DNA of 64,000 bases, taken from sequence record OL436245.1; one strand, written 5' to 3'. This stretch comes from Staphylococcus phage vB_SurM-PSU4. Shown in pieces: positions 49,362-58,668 of this stretch. The number at the start of each line of letters is the position of its first letter. Position 1 is the first letter of the stretch. The notes under the pieces were generated by a model, which was not told the origin of the DNA, did not search any database, and was given only the letters and a program-made list of their open reading frames with translations. The position numbers were made by a program, and so were the translations under genes.

Positions 49362-49844
49362 ATGGAAATTTATGTTGATAGTTTAGATTTTGATACTTTT
49401 ACAATCATTGATAAGAATGGTAATAGGGAAAATATTAACATTAATGATGAATTAATGATTGATGAGAATAATATCAACGAAGAGTTTATGAAGCAGTCAG
49501 GCAAGTATGCTTATTGGGCTTCATTATTAGAAATTGTAAGACGATATTATGAAGCAGAGCAAAGAAAGTTAGAAACCATAGGTAGTCAGTTAAACTTAAC
49601 AGTTAGACAAGCCTATAAGCAAAAAGGTGAAAAGCCTACAAAAGATATGATTGAGGCTGATGTGTTTATTAATCAAAACTATCAGAATCAATTAAACATT
49701 GTAGAGGATTGGTCTTATAAGACTAAACAATTAAATTATATAGTCAAAGCTTTCGAGCAAAGGGTAAATGCTCTAACGCACTTAGGTGCTGAACAAAGAA
49801 AAACAAATAAAAATGGTGGTATTACAAGTCCACTACAATATTAA
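49362..49844 (+). CDS. Hypothetical protein, 160 aa
   Basis: ATG 6 nt after AAAGGAGG. Confidence 0.5.
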   Translation: MEIYVDSLDFDTFTIIDKNGNRENININDELMIDENNINEEFMKQSGKYAYWASLLEIVRRYYEAEQRKLETIGSQLNLTVRQAYKQKGEKPTKDMIEADVFINQNYQNQLNIVEDWSYKTKQLNYIVKAFEQRVNALTHLGAEQRKTNKNGGITSPLQY

Positions 49845-49861
49845 TTAGGAGAGGAATAAAT

Positions 49862-51088
49862 ATGATGAATTCATTTAGTAATTTTTTATCACAAGAACAA
49901 CAAAGTACAGAGAGTAATTTCAATAATAACCAACAAGAGAGATACCAACCAAAGAATAAAACAATTCGTTTAAATAAACAAAACCCTGAGATTATTGTAC
50001 GTGTATTACCAGGAGTTAAAACACAAGAAGATACAGAAGGTCTTCAATTCTTTAGTAAATTCCGTAGTATTTTCTTAAACTATGTTAAAGGTGATGGAAC
50101 AGCTACAAGTTCACCATTCACATTACCATTCACTATGGGAGAATCAGTATTAGATTCATTTATTTCTAACTGGAAGAATAATAACGTTAAGATTAATGAC
50201 TATAATACAAACCCTGCACAACGTTATTTAGTAAACGTAATCCCATTAGTATCTAATCAAGGTCAATTCCAATATCAAGTAGACCCTATGGGTAATGTTC
50301 TTGTAGCACCTATGGAATTAACAAAAACATTATTTGACGACTTATCAGTTAAGTTACAAGATGAAAACTTAATGCCAACACAAGATTCTAACTTAAATTT
50401 TATCTCAGAAAACCATGCCTTTGCAGTTAAACTATATCGTACAGGTCAAGGAACAGATACAAGTTATAAAGCAGAAGTTTACCAACGTCAAGATTTAGGT
50501 CAATTACCACAAGGATGGGAAAACTTAACAAGTGACATTCAAAAAATGGCTGAACCAACAGAGGAAAGTTCACCAGGTTTTGTAAACTTTGTAATCAACA
50601 GTATTAATGGTACAGATAAATCAATCAAGAACTTTGATTTTGAAGATGATGGTAATACAGCACCAAGTCAAGGTCAATCTGGAGGACAATCACCTTCACA
50701 GCAACAAATCGATAATCAAATGCCTTCAAACTTAGGAGCTCCAACTCAAGGTCAACCTGTAGAACAACAACAACAGCCTGTTCAACAGTCTCAACCTACT
50801 CAACAAGGTAATGTTGATTGGAATAACTTAGCTCAACAACAATCTCAACCAGAACAAGGTAATCCATGGTCTGGTGTGGATACAGGTAGTGTAGATGACT
50901 CACAAGTACCATTCAATACACAACCACAACAACAAACACAACCAACACAACCAACACAAAATCAACAACAAGCACCACAACAGAACCAACAACCGCAACA
51001 ACAAGCACAACCTAATATTCCTCAAGAACAACAATCACAGAACAAAATGAAGAGTGTAGATGATATTCTAGGCAATATTGGATTATAA
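49862..51088 (+). CDS. Protein with Gln/Pro-rich low-complexity C-terminal half (possible ssDNA-binding or scaffold protein)
   Basis: GGAGAGGA RBS. The C-terminal ~150 aa are CAA/CAG-rich low complexity. Confidence 0.5.
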   Translation: MMNSFSNFLSQEQQSTESNFNNNQQERYQPKNKTIRLNKQNPEIIVRVLPGVKTQEDTEGLQFFSKFRSIFLNYVKGDGTATSSPFTLPFTMGESVLDSFISNWKNNNVKINDYNTNPAQRYLVNVIPLVSNQGQFQYQVDPMGNVLVAPMELTKTLFDDLSVKLQDENLMPTQDSNLNFISENHAFAVKLYRTGQGTDTSYKAEVYQRQDLGQLPQGWENLTSDIQKMAEPTEESSPGFVNFVINSINGTDKSIKNFDFEDDGNTAPSQGQSGGQSPSQQQIDNQMPSNLGAPTQGQPVEQQQQPVQQSQPTQQGNVDWNNLAQQQSQPEQGNPWSGVDTGSVDDSQVPFNTQPQQQTQPTQPTQNQQQAPQQNQQPQQQAQPNIPQEQQSQNKMKSVDDILGNIGL

Positions 51089-51097
51089 GAATTTAAT

Positions 51098-51128
51098 AGT
51101 AGCACTTAATTGTGCTACTTTATTTTTT
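51098..51128 (+). terminator. Rho-independent terminator
   Basis: agtagcac-ttaatt-gtgctact followed by ttattttttt. Confidence 0.55.
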
Positions 51129-51155
51129 AGTTATATAAGAGGAGGAAAATGATTT

Positions 51156-52382
51156 ATGGCAAGAAGTAGTAAAAAACAATTTGATATGTCTGATTTAAAT
51201 ACAATTGATTTAGGTAAAGAAATGGGATTGACAATCCTATCAGATACAAACAAAGCAGATATTAAAAATATATTACCTACAAGAGTACCTCAATATGATA
51301 GAATTATGGGTGGAGGGATTCCTTTAGGTAGACTTACCGAGGTTTACGGGATACCTGGGAGCGGCAAGAGTACTTTTGCTGTGCACCTAACAAAAACACT
51401 AATTGATTTAGGTATTATTACTGTTTGGGTAGATACAGAAGGTACAGCCGATAATGCAAGAATGGAACAACTAGGTGTGGATATTACTAAGATATTCTCT
51501 ATTCAAGCAGGAGAAGGTCAGAGACTTAAAAATACAGTTGAGTTATCTATTGAACAAGTAGGTAAGGAATTAGAGTATTGGGTAGATACTTTTAATGAGA
51601 AGTACCCAGGTGTACCTATTGTATTTATATGGGATTCACTAGGTGCTACACGCTCACAAACAGAAATAGATGGCGGTATCGATACTAAACAGATGGGTAT
51701 AAGAGCTTCTGCCACACAAAAAGTTATTAATGCTATAACACCTAAATTAAATAATACAAACACAGGTATTATTGTTGTAAACCAAGCAAGAGACGACATG
51801 GATGCAGGTATGTATGGGGATAAAGTTAAATCTGGTGGAGGTAAAGCTTTTGAGCATAGTGCTAGTTTAAGACTTAAAGTTAATAAAGGAGCACAAGTAA
51901 AACAACATAAAGAAACAGCAGGTAAAGAAGAATATTCAGGACATTCTATGAGATTGGAAACTAAAAAGTCTAAGTTATCTAGACCTAACCAAAAAGCAAG
52001 TTCTGATTTACTTTCAGAATGGGAATTATCTACAGGAGAAGTTATTAACGGTTTAGACCCTGAGTATACAATTTATCAGGAAGCTGTCGATAAAGGTTTT
52101 ATTACTAAAGGAGCATGGAGAAACTACGTTACTTTAAATGGTGAAGAAATTAAATTACGTGATGCTGAATGGGTTCCTAGACTTAAGGAAGATACTGAGT
52201 TGTTTGAAGAGCTATTTAAACGTACTTATGTAGCAAATTTCCCTAAAGGGTATGCACCATTAAAGAATAAAGATGTAGATATTACAACTATACCTGAATA
52301 TAAAGCACTAGAAGAATATTATGATGAACTAGAAAAAGAAAAACCTAAAGAAGAAACAAAAGGAGAGCAGGAAGACCAATAA
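51156..52382 (+). CDS. RecA/UvsX-like recombinase
   Basis: Walker A GIPGSGKSTFA in a RecA-fold context; AAGAGGAGG RBS. Confidence 0.85.
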   Translation: MARSSKKQFDMSDLNTIDLGKEMGLTILSDTNKADIKNILPTRVPQYDRIMGGGIPLGRLTEVYGIPGSGKSTFAVHLTKTLIDLGIITVWVDTEGTADNARMEQLGVDITKIFSIQAGEGQRLKNTVELSIEQVGKELEYWVDTFNEKYPGVPIVFIWDSLGATRSQTEIDGGIDTKQMGIRASATQKVINAITPKLNNTNTGIIVVNQARDDMDAGMYGDKVKSGGGKAFEHSASLRLKVNKGAQVKQHKETAGKEEYSGHSMRLETKKSKLSRPNQKASSDLLSEWELSTGEVINGLDPEYTIYQEAVDKGFITKGAWRNYVTLNGEEIKLRDAEWVPRLKEDTELFEELFKRTYVANFPKGYAPLKNKDVDITTIPEYKALEEYYDELEKEKPKEETKGEQEDQ

Positions 52383-52397
52383 AGGTCTTCTTGTTTT
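52371..52397 (+). terminator. Terminator hairpin overlapping the recombinase stop
   Basis: gaagacc-aataaa-ggtcttc followed by ttgtttt. Confidence 0.5.
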
Positions 52398-52414
52398 AAA
52401 AGGAGGTAAGTGTC

Positions 52415-52777
52415 TTGACAAGTAATATGATTGATGATAACCTAGAACGTATTAAACAGAGTTTAGAAGATGAATCTTATTTAGAAGCAGTACCTGAACC
52501 TTATAGAGATATTAAGACAAGGTTCAAATATATTAAAGAGAATGGATTGTATATTATCTATGAAGAAAGTGGATTTCCTTACACAGATGCAATGGTAATT
52601 TACATTACTGATGTATATGATAGATGGTGTAGGGGTTATTCTATTACTAGATTTAATGGAGAAAATATCCAAGTACCTAGAACAATTCATTATTCAGATA
52701 TATATGTACAAGATAAATATAATAAAGTAAAGATTATTGTAGAGGGAGCTAACCCGTATCGGAGTGAAATGAGTTGA
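52415..52777 (+). CDS. Hypothetical protein, 120 aa
   Basis: TTG start 9 nt after AAAGGAGG. Confidence 0.5.
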   Translation: MTSNMIDDNLERIKQSLEDESYLEAVPEPYRDIKTRFKYIKENGLYIIYEESGFPYTDAMVIYITDVYDRWCRGYSITRFNGENIQVPRTIHYSDIYVQDKYNKVKIIVEGANPYRSEMS

Positions 52778-53427
52778 ATAATGGAAATAGATATGTAATA
52801 GATACAGAAGGATTGAGTCATGAATTAGATAGAGACATAGATAAGCTTATGCACAACTATAAAAACCTTAGATATGCTCTATATTATAGATTTGCAAACC
52901 AAATGGATAGTTATGTTAAGAAAGAAGAACTCTTAGAATACATTAATGAGCAATTCATTAAACTTGTTAAAGAATATAATATTCATAGTGAAGTAGACTT
53001 CCCTTATTACATTAAAAGTAAATTAACAATGAGAGTTAGAAATAGTTATGTTAAAAAGAATAGAGATAGGGAAGCTAATGTTGTATTTGGTAATGATGAT
53101 GATACATTAGAAACGATTATCGAATCAAGTGATAGTGATTTATATATGAATGATTTGGTAAGTTATTTATTCGATGGTGTTGATTTCACTGAAGTTGAGA
53201 GTGAATTATTACATGAAATATTTACAAATGATGAGAATGTAGATGACCCTATCATTGTATCTAATGTAGCTAGTCGAATGGAAGTACCTAGAAAAGATGT
53301 CACACGAACATTAACAGAACTAAAAGATTTTATAAGGTTTAAGTTACATGCACATGAAAGTAATAATAAGGATATAGATATTGTTAAAGGTAGAGTGAAT
53401 ACTGAAAATAATACGTGGGAAATGTAG
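52774..53427 (+). CDS. Putative sigma-like transcription factor
   Basis: TTG start. Has a region-2-like segment (LYYRFANQMDSYV...EQFIKLVKEYN) and a C-terminal HTH-like segment. Confidence 0.45.
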   Translation: MNNGNRYVIDTEGLSHELDRDIDKLMHNYKNLRYALYYRFANQMDSYVKKEELLEYINEQFIKLVKEYNIHSEVDFPYYIKSKLTMRVRNSYVKKNRDREANVVFGNDDDTLETIIESSDSDLYMNDLVSYLFDGVDFTEVESELLHEIFTNDENVDDPIIVSNVASRMEVPRKDVTRTLTELKDFIRFKLHAHESNNKDIDIVKGRVNTENNTWEM

Positions 53428-53500
53428 GAAGAGTACCGTATGAGTGATATATTATTACTGAAAACATTAATAATTTAAATAAATTAGGAGATGAAAATAA

Positions 53501-54205
53501 ATGGCTAAAGAAGTATTGAAAGATGTAATCTTTCAAGATGATTCAGTAGATATTAATAATAAATATCTAGAAATTAAAACAAATGCAGACGGTTATACAG
53601 GTACACATAATGGTGTATACTCTTATAAAGTGGTTCAAGAAGACGGTGAATACTTTGTATACCCAGTAGAAACAGATGGTAAAGGTACACTTATTACACG
53701 TAAGAAATCACCAATCATTTATACTGATGGAGATATTGTATATTTTGTAGTAAGTACAGTTACAGACCCATATGAACACCCAATTATTCGTGAAGAAGAT
53801 ATTAAAGGATTAGACAAAGCTAAACAAGTATTACAAGCTTTCTTAGCATTTGCTTATGATAACTTTACATTAGGTGTTTATAACGTATTCTTTACAAATA
53901 CAGAAGATGCTTTCGGTGTTAAAGATAGCTCTGATGAAGATGCAGAGAACTTTGAAGACTCTGATACACCTTCTGCACGAGCAAGAGAAGAACGTTTTGC
54001 TTGGGGTTCAACACGTACTGAAATGAGACCATACCCAGAAGGTGTATCTGAATCAGTAGCTAAAGAAGAAAAAGAAATCGAAGTAGCTAAAGAAGAAAAA
54101 GAAATCGAAGCACCTAAAGAAGAAAAAGAAAACGAAGCACCTAAAGAACCAGAAAATGTAGACGTAGAACCAAAAGAAAACGAAGCAGAGGCATCTGCTG
54201 AATAA
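53501..54205 (+). CDS. Hypothetical protein with acidic C-terminus containing 27-bp coding tandem repeats (VAKEEKEIE x3-4)
   Basis: AGGAGATG RBS. Tandem repeats at 54056-54163. Confidence 0.5.
   Translation: MAKEVLKDVIFQDDSVDINNKYLEIKTNADGYTGTHNGVYSYKVVQEDGEYFVYPVETDGKGTLITRKKSPIIYTDGDIVYFVVSTVTDPYEHPIIREEDIKGLDKAKQVLQAFLAFAYDNFTLGVYNVFFTNTEDAFGVKDSSDEDAENFEDSDTPSARAREERFAWGSTRTEMRPYPEGVSESVAKEEKEIEVAKEEKEIEAPKEEKENEAPKEPENVDVEPKENEAEASAE
54056..54163 (+). repeat. 27-bp tandem repeat (about 4 copies, the last degenerate) inside a coding region
   Basis: gtagctaaagaagaaaaagaaatcgaa repeated with period 27. Confidence 0.6.
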
Positions 54206-54223
54206 TTGAAAGGATGAAATGTT

Positions 54224-54739
54224 TTGGTAGAAAAGTTAAATTTGTATAAAGGTGAAGAATTATTAACATCTGGAGAAAAACAAGGAGATATTGCTTCTGT
54301 TACAATTACAGACTTAGACTCTAATACGACATATCCTAAAGGAACATATCAAGTTGCTTTTGAAAATGAATCGGGTGAAAGTGATAAGGTAGATGTTCCT
54401 GAATTTAAAACTAAATCTGTTGGTGTAGTTAGTGTATCTTTAGATAAAAACACTTTAGAATTAGAAACTGAACAAACAGATACCCTAACAGCAACAGTAA
54501 GTCCTAATGAAGCAGATAATAAAAATGTAAGTTTCTCTTCAGATAATGAAGACGTTGCTACTGTAGATGATTCAGGTAGTGTATTAGCAATTAGTCCAGG
54601 TACAGCTACTATTACTGTTACAAGTGAAGAAGGTAATAAACAAGCTACTTGTGAAGTAACTGTAAAAGACCCAATACCTGATGCACCTGAAGATGTAACT
54701 GTAGAACCAAGTGAAACAACAGCAGATATTATCGTATAG
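54224..54739 (+). CDS. Ig-like (Big_2) domain protein, probably virion-decorating
   Basis: TTG start. The C-terminal half (LTATVSPNEADNKNVSFSSDNEDVATVDDSGSVLAISPGTATITVT) is Big_2-like. The N-terminal domain is paralogous to the next gene. Confidence 0.6.
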   Translation: MVEKLNLYKGEELLTSGEKQGDIASVTITDLDSNTTYPKGTYQVAFENESGESDKVDVPEFKTKSVGVVSVSLDKNTLELETEQTDTLTATVSPNEADNKNVSFSSDNEDVATVDDSGSVLAISPGTATITVTSEEGNKQATCEVTVKDPIPDAPEDVTVEPSETTADIIV

Positions 54740-54755
54740 GAGGAAACTCTAACTT

Positions 54756-55010
54756 ATGGCAAAAGTATTCAATGTTTATAAAGGTGAAGAAGTAGTACAA
54801 TATACAGAAGTAGGGGAAGATGGTTCTGCTAAAGCTACTATTAGTGGTTTAGATGCAGGAACTGAATATCCTGAAGGTACTTTCCAAGTTTCATTCACTA
54901 ATGAATCAGGAGAAAGTGATAAAGTAGATGTACCTGCTTTTACAACAGAACAAGCTAAAGAGTCAGGAGACACTGAACAACCAGAAGAGTCAGGAGAACC
55001 TGAAGCTTAA
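54756..55010 (+). CDS. Paralog of the N-terminal domain of the preceding Ig-like protein, 84 aa
   Basis: Shares ...YKGEE... and NESGESDKVDVP with the protein at 54224. AGGAGG RBS. Confidence 0.5.
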   Translation: MAKVFNVYKGEEVVQYTEVGEDGSAKATISGLDAGTEYPEGTFQVSFTNESGESDKVDVPAFTTEQAKESGDTEQPEESGEPEA

Positions 55011-55020
55011 AAAATATTTT

Positions 55021-55050
55021 AGACCAACATTAATTTGTTGGTCTTTTTTT
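55021..55050 (+). terminator. Rho-independent terminator (9-bp perfect stem, 7-T run)
   Basis: agaccaaca-ttaatt-tgttggtct followed by TTTTTTT. Confidence 0.6.
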
Positions 55051-55051
55051 A

Positions 55052-55080
55052 TTGACATAAACTATTAACTATGGTATAGT
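55052..55080 (+). promoter_or_regulatory. Strong promoter TTGACA-17-TGgTATAGT
   Basis: Immediately after the terminator; drives the small-gene accessory region. Confidence 0.55.
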
Positions 55081-55112
55081 ATATACATATCAAATAAAAG
55101 GAGAGGTTTTAC

Positions 55113-55367
55113 ATGGAAGTAATTACATTTAGAACGTGGAATGATTTAGAAAAGGTAAGAGAGAAAATGAAAGATGTAAAAGACAATGAAGATATTGCAG
55201 TCGTATTTGATAAAGTTTCTACTAAGACACTAAATGTTCAAGCTATTGCAGATGAAATTAATTTTATTCGAGTAGGTAATGGATATGGTATTAGTGAGTA
55301 TGGGTTCACAGAACCAGGTGGAGATACTTTCGGTTACATGTATAAGAAAGAGAAAGAGGAGGAATAA
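55113..55367 (+). CDS. Hypothetical protein, 84 aa
   Basis: AAAGGAGAGG RBS. Confidence 0.5.
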   Translation: MEVITFRTWNDLEKVREKMKDVKDNEDIAVVFDKVSTKTLNVQAIADEINFIRVGNGYGISEYGFTEPGGDTFGYMYKKEKEEE

Positions 55368-55369
55368 TC

Positions 55370-55744
55370 ATGACAGAGGAAATGGTTTTATTACGAGATA
55401 TTAAATCAAGGATAAAGTTGTTAGAAGACCATGATATTAAAAATACTTTAAGAAATACATGGGATATTAAAGATAAAGCTGATTTAAATAAAGCTTCCAT
55501 AGACGGTTTGTTTGAATATATTAAAACAATACCTGATTTTGAATACGAAAACTTTAAAATCATAAATGGAAATATAGAGAAAGTTTTAAAATATCTGGAT
55601 GATGAGGTCAACCTTAAGGATAATAGAGATGAAAAGATTAAAGCTATAGTTAAAGATAAACTATCTAAACTAAGAGAATTAAATGGTAGTCCTGAATACA
55701 ATGATACTGTTATTGATTTAATGAGATTGGTAGATATGTTATGA
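55370..55744 (+). CDS. Hypothetical protein, 124 aa
   Basis: GAGGAGG RBS. Confidence 0.5.
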   Translation: MTEEMVLLRDIKSRIKLLEDHDIKNTLRNTWDIKDKADLNKASIDGLFEYIKTIPDFEYENFKIINGNIEKVLKYLDDEVNLKDNRDEKIKAIVKDKLSKLRELNGSPEYNDTVIDLMRLVDML

Positions 55745-55959
55745 ATAGAAACTTCAAGAGATTACTTAATCATGAACACAAAGAAATTAATAAAGCTACC
55801 TCTAAACAGATAGCTTTTATTAAGGAGTACAGTCTACATGAAGACATAGACTTTGACTCTCTAACAATTGATGAAGCTTTCGTATATATTAAAGAGATAG
55901 AAGACTTATGGATAGAGATAGAAGCAGAGTGCTACTGTGAAGATGTAGGAGATAGATAA
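55741..55959 (+). CDS. Hypothetical protein, 72 aa
   Basis: 4-nt overlap with the upstream gene. Confidence 0.4.
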   Translation: MNRNFKRLLNHEHKEINKATSKQIAFIKEYSLHEDIDFDSLTIDEAFVYIKEIEDLWIEIEAECYCEDVGDR

Positions 55960-56036
55960 AAAAAATAAAAAAAATAGCTTTACTTATTTATCTTAGTATG
56001 TTAAACTATACAGGAAAGTAATGGAGGAGAATGGTT

Positions 56037-56429
56037 ATGAAGATTAAACAAAAGAAAGAATTAAACTTACCGCAGTTGATTGAGTGGGGATTTAATAATC
56101 CAGAGTTGGTAAAAGGCAAACTATATTTAACAAAAGAACATGACGAATACAGCCCTTATGTGCAGTTTTCTGTAGATGGTTACGGTGTTAGAACAAGTCA
56201 ATCTATAAATAATAAAGACACTTTCACAGTCGAAGTCGAGGAAGTAGTTGATAGTGATACTGTTCTAGACAATATTTATACAGTAAACGTAGAAGTAGGT
56301 ACTAGTCATACTACTTACTATAAAAGTAAAAGTATTGATGATGTAAAAACCGATGAAATTAATATAATTTACACAATACTCAAAGAGGAAGCTATAGTTT
56401 TGTGGGATTCTCAGGGAGGTTTTAGGTAA
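56037..56429 (+). CDS. Hypothetical protein
   Basis: The ATG at 56037 lies 7 nt after GGAGGAG; the track's start at 56031 is in frame upstream. Confidence 0.5.
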   Translation: MKIKQKKELNLPQLIEWGFNNPELVKGKLYLTKEHDEYSPYVQFSVDGYGVRTSQSINNKDTFTVEVEEVVDSDTVLDNIYTVNVEVGTSHTTYYKSKSIDDVKTDEINIIYTILKEEAIVLWDSQGGFR

Positions 56430-57094
56430 TGGGAAAACTTAAAGATATGACAAACTATAAATTTAACGGATGCACTGTTTTAAAAAGAGCTGAAAACAAA
56501 GGAAAGAACGTTTGTTGGCTGTGTAAATGTTATTGTGGCAAAGAATTTGTAGTTAGAGCTACTGATATACGAACTGGAAACACTAAATCATGTGGTTGCT
56601 TAAATAAAAAGCTGTCAGGGGACAGAGCAAGAAAACATGGTAATAGAGAGAGTAGACTATATACTATTTGGAACAATATGAAGATGAGATGTATCAATCC
56701 GAATAGTATAAGTTTTAAAAATTATGGCGGTAGAGGTATTAAAGTTTGTGATGATTGGATTAATTCTTTTGAAAACTTTTATAAATGGGCAATGAATAAC
56801 GGATACGATAACACTTTAACACTAGATAGAATTAATGGTGATGGTGACTATGAGCCTAATAATTGCAAATGGTCAACTACGAAAGAACAACAAAACAATA
56901 GAGGAAACAATAATATCTTAGTCTATAAGGATAAAGAGCATACGTTAGCGGAATGGTCTGAGATAACAGGCATTCCTTATGACACTTTGTGGACAAGAAT
57001 TAAAAGAGGTTGGAGCGTAGAGAAGTCTTTAACAGAGCCATTGAGGGGTAAAAAAGAATTAATCTGGACACACGATAAAGGGCTGGTGGAGTAG
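56429..57094 (+). CDS. HNH-family endonuclease-like protein (AP2/HNH_3-type) with the same N-terminal Cys cluster as the HNH gene at 46250
   Basis: CWLCKCYCGKE...KSCGC Zn module. Motifs RLYTIWNNMKMRC...YGGRGIKVCDDW and LTLDRINGDGDYEPNNCKWST...NN. Confidence 0.6.
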   Translation: MGKLKDMTNYKFNGCTVLKRAENKGKNVCWLCKCYCGKEFVVRATDIRTGNTKSCGCLNKKLSGDRARKHGNRESRLYTIWNNMKMRCINPNSISFKNYGGRGIKVCDDWINSFENFYKWAMNNGYDNTLTLDRINGDGDYEPNNCKWSTTKEQQNNRGNNNILVYKDKEHTLAEWSEITGIPYDTLWTRIKRGWSVEKSLTEPLRGKKELIWTHDKGLVE

Positions 57095-57457
57095 ATGATT
57101 AAGTTTAGAGCGTATCTAAAAGGAACAGGAATCATTGTAGATGTACAAGAGATTAATTATAAATATAAAGAGATTGCATATGAAAATGGAAAATACACAG
57201 AAGTAGCAGATTTTAAGGATATTATACTCCTCCAATCCACAGGGCTTAAAGACAAGCATGGTGTTGAGGTGTTTGAGGGAGATGTTGTTAAAACAAAATA
57301 CGGTGAACATGGTAGACACATTGGTGTAGTCAAATACGGCAGTGCAAAATTTTATTCAGAAGGTGTTAAACAGTATTTGTCATGGCATGAAGATTTAAAC
57401 GGACTTTTTGAAATACTAGGCAACAAATACGAACACCCACATTTACTAAAGGAGTGA
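57095..57457 (+). CDS. YopX-family protein
   Basis: MIKFRAY...LLQSTGLKDKHGVEVFEGDVV...ILGNKYEHPHLLKE matches the YopX (PF09643) pattern end to end. Confidence 0.75.
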   Translation: MIKFRAYLKGTGIIVDVQEINYKYKEIAYENGKYTEVADFKDIILLQSTGLKDKHGVEVFEGDVVKTKYGEHGRHIGVVKYGSAKFYSEGVKQYLSWHEDLNGLFEILGNKYEHPHLLKE

Positions 57458-57463
57458 TGGCGA

Positions 57464-57649
57464 GTGGAATTATTAAAACCCTGCCCCTTTTGTGGAGGTC
57501 GTGCAGATTTAAGTTATAGTTTCGACAAAGCTTTAGTTGAATGTACTAACACTAAATGTAAATTACAACCTTCTACATGGTTACACGTTAAAACAGATAG
57601 CGTAGATAAGTTAGTTAAGATATGGAACACACGAAATTACGAGGAGTGA
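57464..57649 (+). CDS. Lar-like (restriction-alleviation family) small zinc-finger protein
   Basis: GTG start. N-terminal LKPCPFCGG and a second CTNTKC pair resemble the Lar family N-terminus. Confidence 0.45.
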   Translation: MELLKPCPFCGGRADLSYSFDKALVECTNTKCKLQPSTWLHVKTDSVDKLVKIWNTRNYEE

Positions 57650-57654
57650 TTAAA

Positions 57655-57864
57655 ATGGCTACAGATAAACAAGTAAAGTATGTTCAATCATTACAAGCAC
57701 AGTATTATGACAGCGATATATCTGAAGAAGGTATGTTATCAAAAACTGAAATAAAGATGATGAGTAATGAAGAAGTGAGTAATAAAATACACGAACTCAA
57801 AAAAGGGATAGCACAAGATGAACTGTTTAATGAGTGCATGAGTTATGGATTACCTAATCAATAA
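57655..57864 (+). CDS. Hypothetical protein, 69 aa
   Basis: The ATG at 57655 lies 8 nt after GAGGAG; the track's 57622 start overlaps the Lar-like gene. Confidence 0.45.
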   Translation: MATDKQVKYVQSLQAQYYDSDISEEGMLSKTEIKMMSNEEVSNKIHELKKGIAQDELFNECMSYGLPNQ

Positions 57865-57878
57865 AGGAGTGATGGCGA

Positions 57879-58220
57879 GTGAGAATAGATGTCAAAAGAG
57901 ATAGAGTAACAATGTCTGAAAATGAATATAGACAAGTAATGAATGAACTTAATCAATACAAAAAAGCTTATCAACACTGTGTGGATGATTTAATCGTCTT
58001 GCGTGCAAATAATAAACGTTTGGAACGAGAGAACGGGGAGTTACAGGAGTTCTATAGAGACCTTAGGGTTAAATGTTATCGCTATCAAGAATCGTTTGAA
58101 GTAATAGAAGATAGATACACCACCCTAACCAATCACATACGGACAAAAGCAGAAATGAACCCAGGGGTAAGTCGTTATATAGATTTGGTTAACTACATTG
58201 ATAGATTGGAGCGTGATTAG
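57879..58220 (+). CDS. Hypothetical coiled-coil protein, 113 aa
   Basis: GTG start in the same repeated junction cassette as 57464. Confidence 0.5.
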   Translation: MRIDVKRDRVTMSENEYRQVMNELNQYKKAYQHCVDDLIVLRANNKRLERENGELQEFYRDLRVKCYRYQESFEVIEDRYTTLTNHIRTKAEMNPGVSRYIDLVNYIDRLERD

Positions 58221-58448
58221 ATGGCATATGGGTATGAAGAAGTAATAAAAAAAGAATTAGAATTTACTGACTTAGACAACATGGATAATTATGGTGCTAT
58301 GTTAAAAGAACTGGAAGGTGTTTATCGTAAAGCAAAGGCTTTTGATGAAGTGATTAAAAAAGTTAAAACAGAATTTGTTTCACAGGACTTAGCAGACGAT
58401 ATACGTACATTGGTATATGACTATGAGTACGACAAGGAGGATGAATAG
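58221..58448 (+). CDS. Hypothetical protein, 75 aa (tandem paralog A)
   Basis: Starts MAYGYEE, has a central VYRKAKAFDE and ends YDKEDE. Paralogous to the next gene. Confidence 0.5.
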   Translation: MAYGYEEVIKKELEFTDLDNMDNYGAMLKELEGVYRKAKAFDEVIKKVKTEFVSQDLADDIRTLVYDYEYDKEDE

Positions 58449-58449
58449 A

Positions 58450-58668
58450 ATGGCGTATGCGTATGAGAAAGAAAATATTAGAAAATTAAATAGTTATAAC
58501 GTTCTATCAGGCGGAACCAACATTACAAAACCAATTGACGAAATACAAGAAGTCTATAAAAAAGCACGAGCTTTTGATGAAATATTAAGTATAACCCAAC
58601 TTCAGCACGAAGAAGAATATGCAGAAGATGTTATAAGCGTTATTGATAAATACAAGGAGGACGAGTAA
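58450..58668 (+). CDS. Hypothetical protein, 72 aa (tandem paralog B)
   Basis: The ATG at 58450 lies 9 nt after AAGGAGG. Starts MAYAYEK, has VYKKARAFDE and ends YKEDE. Confidence 0.5.
   Translation: MAYAYEKENIRKLNSYNVLSGGTNITKPIDEIQEVYKKARAFDEILSITQLQHEEEYAEDVISVIDKYKEDE

Noticed and set aside
57457-57519. ATG at 57457 right after the AAAGGAG of the repeated junction, giving the 20-aa peptide MASGIIKTLPLLWRSCRFKL (same arrangement at 57872)
   Set aside because: The out-of-frame GTG at 57464 opens a 61-aa ORF with a recognisable Lar-like zinc finger, and the ATG frame terminates quickly. It is probably not a gene, though the spacing of SD to GTG (9 nt) versus SD to ATG (2 nt) leaves some doubt.
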